Shown in pieces: positions 53,063-64,000 of a DNA stretch of 64,000 nucleotides (position 1 is the stretch's first letter; every line of letters begins with the position of its first letter). The stretch is from Tubulanus polymorphus (Eukaryota; Animalia; Nemertea), in the NCBI RefSeq assembly GCF_964204645.1, contig NC_134029.1, forward strand, positions 14,688,950-14,752,949. Direction: 5' to 3'. Under the pieces are notes generated by a model. That model made no database searches and was not told the DNA's origin. It worked only from the letters and a program-made list of their open reading frames with translations. Both the position numbers and the translations under genes were made by a program.

Positions 53063-53386
53063 TTAATCGACATGATTAAGCATCATATACACTTGATTCA
53101 CAAATTTTCGATGAGAACCTGTAATTCTAATGTTAGTCATTTGTAGAATTTTGTCAACAATTTCAGGATATTTGACATCCAATGATGGATTATACCAAAA
53201 CCTGAAAGTTTTGTTACCCAACATTTTTAATGATAACAGTAGTTGAAGTTCTCCAGCCTTAAATCTGGCTTTGAAAATATAGTAATTTGTATTCTCTGAA
53301 AAAGAATTTTGTGTTACTTTCAACAACTGCAACTGTTTTGTTTCGTTCAAAACACTAGGTGATGCTATCCCATTGTTAGCACTCAT
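53063..53386 (-). CDS. Uncharacterised 107-aa ORF downstream of pol in gypsy element 2
   Basis: Intact ORF whose ATG overlaps the pol stop as ATGA (53383-53386). Confidence 0.5.
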   Translation of the reverse strand: MSANNGIASPSVLNETKQLQLLKVTQNSFSENTNYYIFKARFKAGELQLLLSLKMLGNKTFRFWYNPSLDVKYPEIVDKILQMTNIRITGSHRKFVNQVYMMLNHVD

Positions 53387-53570
53387 GTCTCCAAATATGC
53401 TTTAGTATCTACTGGTTCGTAGATTGCCGAATATACAAATTCACCATCACCTGTGGATAGAATTCCATCATTTTCATCCGTAACCTGAAAATCTGGTTGG
53501 CTCACATTACAAGAATCAGAGTCATCACTCTTCCTCAAAGCTTGACGCAATTTCTGTAAGTGTCCAATAT

Positions 53571-54696
53571 TTGTCCCCCGCGCGGGATAGGCCGCGAGCG
53601 GGGGACTTGGTATCCGCCTCCGTCCGTTCGTCCGTCCGTCCATGGGCATGGGCTTGTGAACGCGATTCAAGAAGAACCGTTGATCGCAGGACTATGATAC
53701 TACACAGTATGATTACCCCTAGAGAGAGGATGTGCCCTATTGATTCTGGTGTCCAAGGATCAAAGCTCAAGGTCACTACAGGTCATTCATGTAAAACCTT
53801 GTGAAAGTGATTCAAGAAGAACTGTCGATAGCAGGACCATGATATTACGTTGTATGATTACCCCTAGGGAGAGGATGTGCCCTATTGATGTTGGGGGTCC
53901 AAGGACCAAAGGTCAAGGTCACTACAGGTCATTCATGTGAAAGCTTGTGAACGTCATTCAAGAAGAACCGTTGATAGCAGGACCATGATATTACGTAGTA
54001 TGATTACCCCTAGGGAGAGGATGTGCCCTTTTGATTTTGGGGTCCAAGGACCAAAGGTCAAGGTCACTACAGGTCATTCATGCGAAACCTTGTGAACGTC
54101 ATTCAAGAAGAACCGTTGATAGCAGGACCATGATATTACGTAGTATGATTACCCCTAGGGAGAGGATGTGCCCTATTGATTCTGGGCTCCAAGGATCAAA
54201 GGTCAATGTCACTTCAGGTCATTCACGTGAAACCTTGTGTCGTGAATGTGATTCAGAAAGAACTGTTGATAGCAATATAATGATATTACATCGCATGATT
54301 ACCCCTAGGGAGAGGATGTGCCCTATTGATTTTGGGGAAAAGGTCAAGGTTACTAGATATCATTCATATGAAACCTTGTAAAAACGATTCAAGAAGAACC
54401 ATTGATAACGGAACAATGCTATTTCATAGTATGATTAGCCCTGGGAAGAGGATGTGCATTAGTGATTTTGGAGTTCTAGGGGTCAAAGGTCAAGGTTGGT
54501 AGACGTCGTTTGCCTAAAACTTTTTAAACTCAATTCTCAAATTACCATTCATAGCAGGAAAATAATATTTCATAGTATGGTTATCCCTGGATACACTCAT
54601 CATTTTTCTATATCAAAGATCAGTGTCTTCAGGGGTCATTCATTCTATACTGGCTATCGCGGGGGACATAGATACGTAGTATCGAATTGCCTTGTT
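53571..54696 (+). mobile_element. HINE-like element with about six 145-bp central repeats, inserted in the pol tail
   Basis: Subterminal IR TGTCCCCCGCG and CGCGGGGGACA, (CGTC)n, units at 53653, 53798, 53944, 54089, 54234 and 54375, 3' hairpin GATAC-GTA-GTATC and CTTG-TT end. Removing it restores the frame RGNEGR-NIGHLQK. Confidence 0.88.
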
Positions 54697-55212
54697 CTCC
54701 CTTCATTTCCCCTTAGAAATGCCGGTTTCAGACGATTTACATTAAATACATCTCTCAACAATCTACCTTTCATGTCTGTAAGAAGAACGTGCGTTAGATC
54801 CAATATATCATGTACAATAAACGGACCCACATATTTGGCAGTAAATTTCCGTGAATTAGTAGTAAGTGATGAACTATCTGGCTTGTGTAAATAAACTAAC
54901 TGTCCTTTCTCATACACCGGACACTTAGATAATTTCTGACTTATCTTCGAATTTTGAGTCATTTGTTGATTCTTTTGCAACTCTACATAAACTTGGATGT
55001 ATTGTCAAATCTTTTCCTCAACTCCTCTATATACTGTTGTTGCGTATTACTCTAACCTAACAGTGGTTTGAAACTCAAGCCAGAAATGTCTGTAGGTTCC
55101 CTGAAATAAATTAAGTAGAAAGGTTGATGCCCTCCAAGTTGAGGTGATGAAAAAGAATTGCACGCGTACTGTGATGTGGCACAGTATCGCACCCAGTCTC
55201 TACCATACGGGT

Positions 55213-56869
55213 AATAATAATAATAATAAATATGGATTTGTATAGCGCAGCTTTCCATGTTAAAAAACAAAGTTCAATTGCGCTCCAGGGAATAGTATTG
55301 GTTGAATAGTTTTGTTTTGATGTGAGATTTGAACTGGTCAACCATGGTAAGTGTAGATTCTCTTGAGTCGATGAACTGATTCCAGAGTCTAGGTGCGTGG
55401 GATTAGAAGGCTCCGCCGCCAAATTTTAGATAAGCTGAATGATGGTTCTGACAGTTTGAATTGGTTAGATGATCGAAGTGTTCGCCTTGGGGTATACACA
55501 GTGATTAGATCAGCAATATAGGCCGGTGCTATTCATTTAAGAGCTTTGAATACTAGCAGTAGTGTTTTGAAGCCAATTCTTGCTTTTACTGGTAGCCAGT
55601 GTAACTGCATGAGCGGGGGAGTTATATGCTCTCGTTTTGGCGTGCGCAAAACTAATCGTGCTGCACAGTTTTGTAATTTCTGTAAGCTTCCACACAAATC
55701 ACTGGTTATTCCAGCCAGAAGGCTATTACAGTAGTCCAGCCTAGACAAGACAAGGGCTTGGACAAGTGCCTTGGTAGCATTTCTATTCAGATTCTTTCTA
55801 GCTAATCCAATGTTACGAATGTGAAAATATCCGCTTTTCAAAACAGATTTCACATGTGGACTCATAGACATTTCATGATCGAACATAACACCGAGATTGC
55901 AGATCGGCGACTTTGAAACAGGGACACAAACACCTGCGACCATGAGAGATTCAATGTCGGTAATATTGAGACGCTGCGATGTACCGGGTACCTAAGAGAA
56001 ATACCTCAGTCTTTCCAGCATTTGGTTTGAGGAAATTATCGGTATACCATTTATACACCGCGACCAAACACTTCTCAACATTTGACAGTTTTTGATTTAC
56101 ACGTGACGGATCATGAATGGATTTAATTGCCTTGTACACTTGGTTGTCGTCTGCAAATCCATGTCTATCAATATCAAATGATTTTATCAGTTCACCCATA
56201 GGAAGCACATAGATAAGAAAGAGTAAGGGACCCAACACTGAGCCTTGTGGTACCCCACACTTTAACTCGTATGAATCAGAGGCATGGCCGTTAACAGTAA
56301 CATTCAATATCCTGTGGGTGAGGTACGACTTGAACCATTGGAGTGCTCTTCCATCGATGCCTAGGTAATGTTTGATGCGAGAGAGTAACACAGTGTGATC
56401 TAACGTATCAAATGCCGCACTAAGATCGAGTAGTATCAGTATCACAATTGAACCCTAATCGATGAGGGTACGAATGTCATCTTGCACCTTGAGCAAAGCT
56501 GTCTCTGTGCTATGCCTTGGTTTATAGGCTGATTGCAAGACATCGTGAAGATGGTTACGATCCATGTACTCACGCAGTCGACTGGCTACAACTCTCTCGA
56601 GAACCTTAGACACAAATGAGAGATTACTAACTGGGCGATAGTTCTGGAGAGACTCAGGATCCAGAGATGACTTCTTGAGAATTGGTGTTACAATTGCTAC
56701 CTTCATGGAATCAGGTACAGATCCACTAGCCATAGACAAATTCACAATGTAAGTCACAGCTGGCAATGCACAATCCACAACATTTTTGAATAACCAAGTC
56801 AGAAGTGGATCAAGTGCGCACGATTTGTTTGGAGCGCTCATGATGATTTTCCGAACTTCATCATCATCT
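55213..56869 (-). mobile_element. 5'-truncated L2-clade LINE inserted in the integrase
   Basis: KSCALDPL, NYRPVSNL, LDLSAAFDT, GVPQGSVLGP, FADD, HITPPLMQLHWLP. (TTA)n tail at 55213-55229, GGT on both flanks. Removing it restores integrase KAILD-PYGRDW. Confidence 0.93.
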
Positions 56870-59270
56870 GGTCCAAGATAGCTTTTATTAACTCGCTAAT
56901 CGAACGAATTTGACGTTCAACTTGTAACGATCCGTGATTGTCTAATGAAATCACTTTCTGATTGGTACCTAAAGTATCACAAATAATCGTCATGATCTTG
57001 CCTATCACAAAAGATTGCTGATCATGTACAATTTTCTCTGGTATACCATACGTACAGAGTACTTTCTGAATCAATGCTTCTGCGATTTCAGGAGCCTCTA
57101 AACTTTATCTTGGCACACATACTGTAAATCAACTTATGGAACACGCAACTACCATCAAGTGCTTGTAGCCTGCATTTGACGTCACCATACTCTTAAAGTC
57201 TAACGATATTACCTGAAATGGGCAATAAACATCAGGTATTCGTTCATGAAATATACGTAGGTCAGAAGTTTTCCCTTTTAATGTTTGACAGGCCGAACAA
57301 GACTGTACATAAGCTACAATCCTATTAAACATGTTCGGGAAAAAGAACAACTTGCGCATCGTAAAAAATGTGCGAGTGCAACCTTGATGAGAACTCAACA
57401 ATGATCATGATAACGAGATATCAATTTATCAATGTACCTCTCTAGAACAACTAATTGAAAACAGAAATCACCTGGCTTTTGTAAAAATACTAATCTAAAT
57501 AGAACATGATTACACAAAATGAAGTTTTCAGCGCGCAATACGATAACACAAGCCGATTTTTTGTCACTCGGCAAAATATTGTGCTCAAGGTAATCCATAT
57601 GTTTAAAATGAGGATCAGCCCTTTGAGCTAATCGAACCTGATTAACATCGTACGGCAAATTATAATCCCGAATAACTTTTCTTCTGATAATCTTAAGTAT
57701 CCTATCAAGTTCCGCCTGTTTTGGAATGTGCTTCGCCATGATTTCACTAATATCTGAAATTAAAGAATGAGGTTTACATAAAAATTCTGGACATTCATCT
57801 TCAGAAATTTCTTCATGCGGCTGGAATACTCTATCTATCAATCTCGGATCCCTTTCGGCCTATAGGCCTATTTAATCCCATGGGTAGTCTACGATACATA
57901 TATGTTAAAGATCCTGGATATGGACACATACCTGTAAACTGTTGCAATCTTTCAGATAGCGGCAATGCGTGAAATGCTGACTTGAGATCAATCACTGAAA
58001 CTACACGACTTTCTTCTCTACCTAATTTTGCTAAAAACATCTTTCAGTGACAAATAATTTTGTTGCACGGTTAAAACTTTGGTATTAATATGTCTAAAAT
58101 CTGTGACGCATCTAAACTCTGACGAGTTCGGTTTTCGAATCAAGAAACATGGTGAGCAATAAGGTGTACAACCCTTTTTCAAAATACCCAACATCACAAG
58201 TTTTGACAATTCCCTGTCAATAATCGGCTTGACATCATCAGAAACAGGGTAAGGTGGAATAGAAAATGGTGTGTCATCCTGCAACTGAATGTCAATATTA
58301 TAGTCAGGACATTCTCCTTCCTCTCCATATAAGCTGAAAACATCTTTATGGTCACATAAAGGATTATAAACACGTTTCTTATCACGATCATCGAGAATAC
58401 AGTTTTCACTAAGATCTATGCTTTTCTTATAATTCGCTGCGGTGTTTTTAGCTCACTATAGGATCTGATGCTTCCAAATGAGCGAATTTCCCTAAGTTCT
58501 GCTGCCCAATATCAATTCCTGACAATTCTGAAATCAAAGAGGATGGAACTTCTTGAGATACGTTTACAAAACCATTCAAATCCGTAAATACAACCGGATG
58601 ATTATGCTTAAGAACTAGAGGTCTGTTACTACTATTTGAAATATGGATACTGCATACATTTTTATTTAATCGAACTAGAGTATGCGACGGTACATGATTA
58701 TGCATCATAGGAGTTGGTTTTAAAACAATCTCGGAGTGTTTTAAGTCTTGGCATCCGACCTCTGTACTGAATAGTTCTCGACTGTCCTGGAAAAACTGTC
58801 TGGTTGTGCAGTGGGACGAACCAAATCTTCTTACGTCTAATGGCTAGTACATTCGTACTAAAATCTAATGAACCAAAAAGCTCTTTCAATGTGGATGTAC
58901 CCATTAAGACATTTGGACCTGTAACATTGTCTGAAATAACAGCGGTTAATGTCAGTGTTTTGTTTTGAATAACAATCTGAAAGGTAATAGAATGATTAGC
59001 TACAAGAAAATCACCATTTCCCATCTTGAATTGAATAGGTTTGATTCTCGTTTTCGGCAATTAAAGAAGATAAATATGACGATTTCTGAACACACGAACC
59101 GGAAATAAGTGTTTTGGTTGCACCAGAATCGACCAAAACTACAACACTCCGTTTTCCTTTGTCACCTAAATATCCTGTAACATAATTTTGTTTAGTCAAC
59201 TGTAAATACACAAAACCATCATCTTAATTACTATCTAAAGAACTATGTACATAATTGACATCATTACTAG

Positions 59271-59319
59271 AGACGGGCAGTTCACGTGCCGGTTGAAAAC
59301 TACCCGGGTCTAAAAATCC
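59271..59319 (-). promoter_or_regulatory. Putative -1 ribosomal frameshift signal between gag and pol
   Basis: G GAT TTT TAG followed by stem GGGTAGTT/AACTGCCC. The -1 frame is the protease frame. Confidence 0.7.
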
Positions 59320-60287
59320 TGTCCATTACCACGATAATGAAACTGTGGCCGATAATCCTGTTGGTCATTCTGAAACGGGACATCAGCACCCTGAAAAGGA
59401 TGTGTATTATTCTGTTTTTGAGAAACTAGACGCAAATATTGAAAACACTTACGCCACACGTGGCCTTTTCTCCTACGAGATGAGCATGTGATCTGTGACC
59501 TGTTGGAGCTGGTGTTTCGTGACTGCCAGTTTTGAACCGATTCATTTCTCCAATAACGATGTGTGTCTACTCTATTTTTATTTCTGAATGGGCTTCTCCC
59601 TCTCCTAGTCGGACTTGGGGATCTGGACTCAGAAAATGTTGCTTTCTGAGCACTTTCGTTAACCAAAGCTACACCTAGTTTTAAGCTGTCTAATTCTTTC
59701 TTCAACTCCTGGAACTGAAAATGAGAAGTGGAATTTACTGAGTCCAAAAATGTCACAGACTTATCAATATGTTGAATGTCTAAGTATTTTTGTGTTATGT
59801 CTGCTAATTGCTGCGGTGTCGTCTGTATGTTAGATGCCATTACAACCGCCGTTCTACAATTTTCTGGTATCGACTGAAGGAACTTATGTTTTATCTGATT
59901 AGGTCCATAGTTGATCTTCGCTGCAGCTCGGGTGAGCTTCTCTAAAAAATCGTGTGCGCTCGAATCTGTGAGAAATTTGAGATTGTTAAACTGATTTAAA
60001 AGTACCAAGTCTGATGTTACAGGACTAAATCTATGCATTAAATCATCTTTTATAGCCGCTTTCGTGGGAAAAACTTTTCCTCCAATCCATAATCTAGCTG
60101 TTCCTGCCAAGGAAAGTTTTAAACGCTGAGTAACCTCGATAATCTCATTTGCATTGGCTGGGTCATGTAAATTATGTGCCTGCAAATAATCATTAAAGGA
60201 CAGCCAGTGGGCGTATATTGATTCATAAGTAGAATTATCCCCTGTAAATTTGGGCCGGAGAAAATCTGTAGGTTTTAGTTGTGCCAT
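59310..60287 (-). CDS. gag of gypsy element 2
   Basis: Intact 325-aa ORF with PKFTGD, LKLSLAGTARLW, an RS-rich stretch and a degenerate knuckle C-SS-R-RRKG-H-VWRK-C. Confidence 0.88.
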   Translation of the reverse strand: MAQLKPTDFLRPKFTGDNSTYESIYAHWLSFNDYLQAHNLHDPANANEIIEVTQRLKLSLAGTARLWIGGKVFPTKAAIKDDLMHRFSPVTSDLVLLNQFNNLKFLTDSSAHDFLEKLTRAAAKINYGPNQIKHKFLQSIPENCRTAVVMASNIQTTPQQLADITQKYLDIQHIDKSVTFLDSVNSTSHFQFQELKKELDSLKLGVALVNESAQKATFSESRSPSPTRRGRSPFRNKNRVDTHRYWRNESVQNWQSRNTSSNRSQITCSSRRRKGHVWRKCFQYLRLVSQKQNNTHPFQGADVPFQNDQQDYRPQFHYRGNGQDF

Positions 60288-60534
60288 TGCTAATCAGGAA
60301 ACAAATGAAATAAACAATACTTATAAAGGAAATATATTGTACTCAAGTTCAGACTGGAATATGTACCTGTTATGATGTTACTTACCACAATATTACTACA
60401 CGAATCTTAAACTAGTCATACGCTTCACTTAACTACACATATGCACGATAAAACAAATCAGTGAAAGACAATAAATGTAAGTAGTCAATAAATCGTTACA
60501 GGTAGTTGAATTACCAGTAGTACACAATCGACAA

Positions 60535-60735
60535 TAGTTGTAGTCCGGGGATACCATACGATGAAGTTGTAGATTCCTTCCAAGTTGTAGTCCGATACGA
60601 TTCGATGTAGTTGTAGATTTCTTCCAAGTTGTAGTCCGATACAATTCGATGTAGTTGTAGATTCCTTCCAAGTTGTAGTCCGATTAAACGATAATGATCC
60701 AATCTGATCCGATGTAGTCGTAGATCTCTTCCAAT
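60535..60735. repeat. 44-bp tandem repeat in the leader of gypsy element 2
   Basis: AGTTGTAGATTCCTTCCAAGTTGTAGTCCGATACGATTCGATGT, about 3.5 copies. Confidence 0.85.
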
Positions 60736-62000
60736 CAATCCAAAATGCTTTTAAACACGGAGCCGAAGTATCCTATGCAGGTTTCGCTTTTCGATTTTTA
60801 TTAATTAACAACATTGTCGTTGATGTTCCAAGCTTATCCTGAATCAGTTATCCAAGATTAAACACCAACAATGTCTAACAGTTGTAAAATAACGAATAGA
60901 TGTTAACCGTTCAAACGTAAATCATGCCGAGCGAAGATTCAGCTGGATACATGTTAAAATACCATGAATGACTGAGACAATAATCTGTACGTACGGAACA
61001 CAGACTAAGCCGAACTATCGAAAAAAAGTTACCCTTTTGCGTAAGATTTCGGTCGCCACGTTCCTATTTACGTTGGAGCTCACACTGGTCCGTTGAATGA
61101 GCAGAACAGGACAACCAATGTTCATTCATTAACAGATTAAGCCGGCCATGCAAACAATACGAACAAAAGACAGCCTACCGTCTACGGATATAAGACGCGC
61201 CACGCGTTCGATGTCGTTGACGATTAATTAAATTGAATTTCAATTGACGCGATAAATCCAATTGGGTTCTCCACCATTTTGTGTTGATCTCCTCTCTCTT
61301 TTGCTTCGGGTTCCGAGTATCGAGTGGATTAAACCCTTAGAGGACAAACGATTAACTTCGATTTAACATATCTTTATTTTTCCGTCTCAAACACGCTTCT
61401 CTATGGCGTCCACACTCCCTCTACAAAATCACGTGACCCTTACATCACACAATCAATATTACTATATAACAGTATATTTCATAATTGCTCATTTTCACGA
61501 ATTCTTCTCATGACTACAGCGCCATAATTACCTTCAAATGATTTAGATTGCTCGCCGGATTCAATTATGAATGTTTCAGACAAACAACCATTAAGGCGGA
61601 TAATGTATTATCTTGCATAACTAAAAAATGCATGTATTCTCCCAGGACATAGAACCAAGAAACCTACGTATATAAATCGATTGATCTTTTTGAGAATACA
61701 ATTCAGCTGCAGATCAATAACTTATTTATTGACCAAAAAGACAATTTTAAAAATTAGATTTATGCAAATGATAAATATCAAATATTATCATATCTCTTAG
61801 TTTGCTTCTGTCCTAATTACTTACATTTGTGGCGGACTTCGTTTTTGTGTCTGTTTGTCATTGTCGGGAAATCCTTTCGAAAAAAATTGTCACTTGAAAT
61901 CCCGCTCGCCCGAAAAATCATCGCACTAAGTAGAGGTAAAAATAATATCCACGCGCCCGCAACAGAAGTCTTTGATAGTACTAAGTACTGGGTGTGATAA

Positions 62001-62174
62001 CCTCGCGCAACTGATCATTACTATAAGCTGCGCGAACTACCTGGTCTAATTACCTCGTGCAACTGATCATGAAAATATCCTAGTTGCGCGAAAGTAACAA
62101 CTCGCGCAACTGATCATTACACGATCGCGTAACTGGTTCGCGCAGATCATCAGTTTCTGACTTTTACATACCTG
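62001..62174. repeat. Subterminal repeats and probable terminus (...CATACCTG) of an unclassified element
   Basis: CTCGYGCAACTGATCAT at ~62002, 62054 and 62101. The HINE resumes right after 62174. Confidence 0.55.
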
Positions 62175-62549
62175 TTTTATTGGAACCTAGGCATATTTTG
62201 TTACTATGATCAATTGCAAAGTTGTAGTTCATGACATGTTCTATGATTGTGGTGAGTTACAAGGTTATTGGGTTTTGAATATGGTCACCTGGGGGCGTTG
62301 AATAGTAGAATAACTTAGTAATATCCATATTAAATGTGGAACGAGGCATATTATGTTATCACAATCAATTACAAAATCGTAGCTGCTGACATGTTCTTTG
62401 ATTATGGTTAGTTTCAATGATTATGGTTAGTTTTAAGGTCATTGGTTTTTGTGTATGGTCACCAGGGGTCCTTGAATATTGAAATCGTTAGATTGTTGAG
62501 CATTTGAAACCACTTCCCAAGTGGGCATGGTGTCCCTGGACCCCTAGTT
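62175..62549 (+). mobile_element. HINE family A, 3' half
   Basis: Matches ~17432-17786, including TCCCAAGTGGGC and CCCCTAGTT. Confidence 0.88.
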
Positions 62550-63588
62550 TCAATAAGTCACATCTCAGGTCGTTATATATGTACTAAAGTTTCTCCTGGT
62601 TAAGAAATCGCGGAAAGTACAATTACAATTTTGATTGCATTTGGCCTTTAAGATTAAGACCAAATTGAGGTATGTGAACTTTTGAAACACAATCATGTTT
62701 CATTCAACTTCTCTGTAAACGTTTTTAAAAATCTTAAACCAGTCTTATACTTGATAGAAATTATATCAATTATATCAAAATTATTTGCAATTATATCATT
62801 TAACATTTAAATAAACAAATCGTAACATTCATTTTATCAGTATATCATTGTCAATGAAAAGGATGGCTCCGACAATATCCAAATCATAGATAGATATAGT
62901 GAGATCAGTTAGGTTCGAAACCCTAGAAAACAACAACCTTCACCTTGCTCACGCGCATTCGATTGCAAGATGCGATAAATGATGAAATGCTGCGATCAGA
63001 CAATGCGAAAATAATATCTGGCCCCGATGATGTTCCCGGGACTGTGAATTCGAGAAATATCGAATCCTAACCTAACCCCCCTCCAAATTTTTTAATGCAA
63101 ATTTGAACGAATCAGAAGAACCACCTTGGTGATTATTGGTCCGTCATATGTCGGACCAACCGCACCGGTAGCTAAGCTGCTGCTCATTAATGGGGAGTCT
63201 GCAGAGTCCCGTTGATAGACTGTTTAGTAACGCATTTTCCTTGCCAAACATAATAAAGGCCAACTGAAAACCCCAAAAAATTGTGGAGTTTAAATGATAT
63301 GTTTTTCTAATGTGGCCGGAATCGATTATTAGCAGTATAATAAATCATTTCATCAGCCATAAGAATTAAATAGGAGAATTATGATTTTGAGATAACTCGA
63401 TCCTGAGAGAATATTGTCATTGTATCTATGTTATGAGTTATCTGGTTGCCAGGATTAAAAGTAAATTACAAAAATTTTTTCTAGCTATTATTTGCTACAT
63501 CTTATTGTTATTATTTGATCCATGATTTTATAATGTTTACAATTTTTTAAATATATTTTAATTAATGACTCAACTGTTCTATATTCAG

Positions 63589-63844
63589 GTTTGTACCCAG
63601 CCACTCAGTCTCCCAGATGGTGTTGAAGTTATCAAAGCAACTGAAGCAGCTGGTCATCTAAGCTCAGCTTCTATATATCCAGCATGCTTTGCACCATATC
63701 TGTTTGCAACAGCATGTTCCGATGGCTGCATTCGCTTTTGGAAATGCCACGTAATGGAATCTGATGGTTTTGATCCTAAATATGAATGGTTTGAATGGGA
63801 AATGATGATTCCCAGCTCAGATACTAGTGTTGTACATATTCCTG
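63589..63844 (+). CDS. DMXL: DMXL internal exon (gene continues beyond the window)
   Basis: attcag acceptor, gtaagt donor. LPDGVEVI...AGHLSSASIYPACFAPY...CSDGCIRFWKC. Phase 0 to 1. Confidence 0.96.
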
Positions 63845-64000
63845 GTAAGTCAATTGTTAAGTCAAACGAAGTATCTGTAAAAGTCATATTGGTCATCTCA
63901 TATAATGTGTATAATGTTTGAATATTCTTTCAAGAATGTCAAAGATTAGTAAGTGTCTACATGAGGAATTTTGGATTAGTTCTCATTGTTTACATCGGGG

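Larger units (their letters stand above)
53383..59310 (-). pseudogene. pol of gypsy element 2 (protease, partial RT, integrase, C-terminal tail)
   Basis: VLVDSGA; PYCSPCFL...DFRHIN, IDLKSAFH...LPMGL; HQG...CSACQ zinc finger, PFQVISLD, YGIPEKIVHD, YVGPF...NRLKP. YxDD region and RNase H are absent. Confidence 0.93.
51796..61471 (-). mobile_element. Ty3/gypsy LTR retrotransposon 2 with three nested insertions
   Basis: LTRs 51796-52567 (MITE inside) and 61277-61471 (5 substitutions and a 5-bp indel by eye). TSD GTAT. PBS TGGTGGAGAA fits the tRNA-Ala 3' end. Purine tract AAAAGGGA adjoins the 3' LTR. Confidence 0.96.

Noticed and set aside
53571-54381. ORFs with MITPRERMCPID repeats
   Set aside because: They are translations of the 145-bp HINE tandem units.
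51796-61471. Gmr1-type element (tRNA-Ala-like PBS)
   Set aside because: Domain order is protease, RT, integrase, not the integrase-before-RT order of Gmr1.
48329-63168. One 15-kb element bounded by CCGGTG...CACCGG
   Set aside because: Only 6 terminal bases match, the subterminal repeats differ, and there is no TSD.

Overview
AT-rich animal genomic DNA (invertebrate, probably lophotrochozoan; taxon is inferred). The window lies inside one + strand gene for DmX-like protein / Rabconnectin-3 alpha (DMXL). Ten internal exons (2,198 nt, about 730 codons) were reconstructed by hand with canonical AG/GT sites and matching phases. The introns are packed with nested mobile DNA: two Ty3/gypsy LTR retrotransposons (both LTRs, 4-bp TSD, PBS, PPT), two 5'-truncated L2-clade LINEs, a full-length decayed Harbinger, Kolobok- and piggyBac-type TTAA elements, four CAG...CTG elements with 6-bp TSDs, several Helentron-like non-autonomous elements (HINEs), MITEs and minisatellite-bearing termini. 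Best leads: (1) a gypsy element with an extra SGNH/GDSL-esterase-like ORF in the env position, behind a splice acceptor and an ATGA-coupled small ORF; (2) a minimal hammerhead ribozyme with intact core, sense to the DMXL pre-mRNA and 130 nt before an exon; (3) a G GAU UUU -1 frameshift cassette and an orphan ATGA-coupled ORF in the second gypsy element; (4) a 530-bp inverted duplication inside one intron; (5) duplications and head-to-tail junctions at HINE ends. Family assignments come from motif recognition, not database searches.
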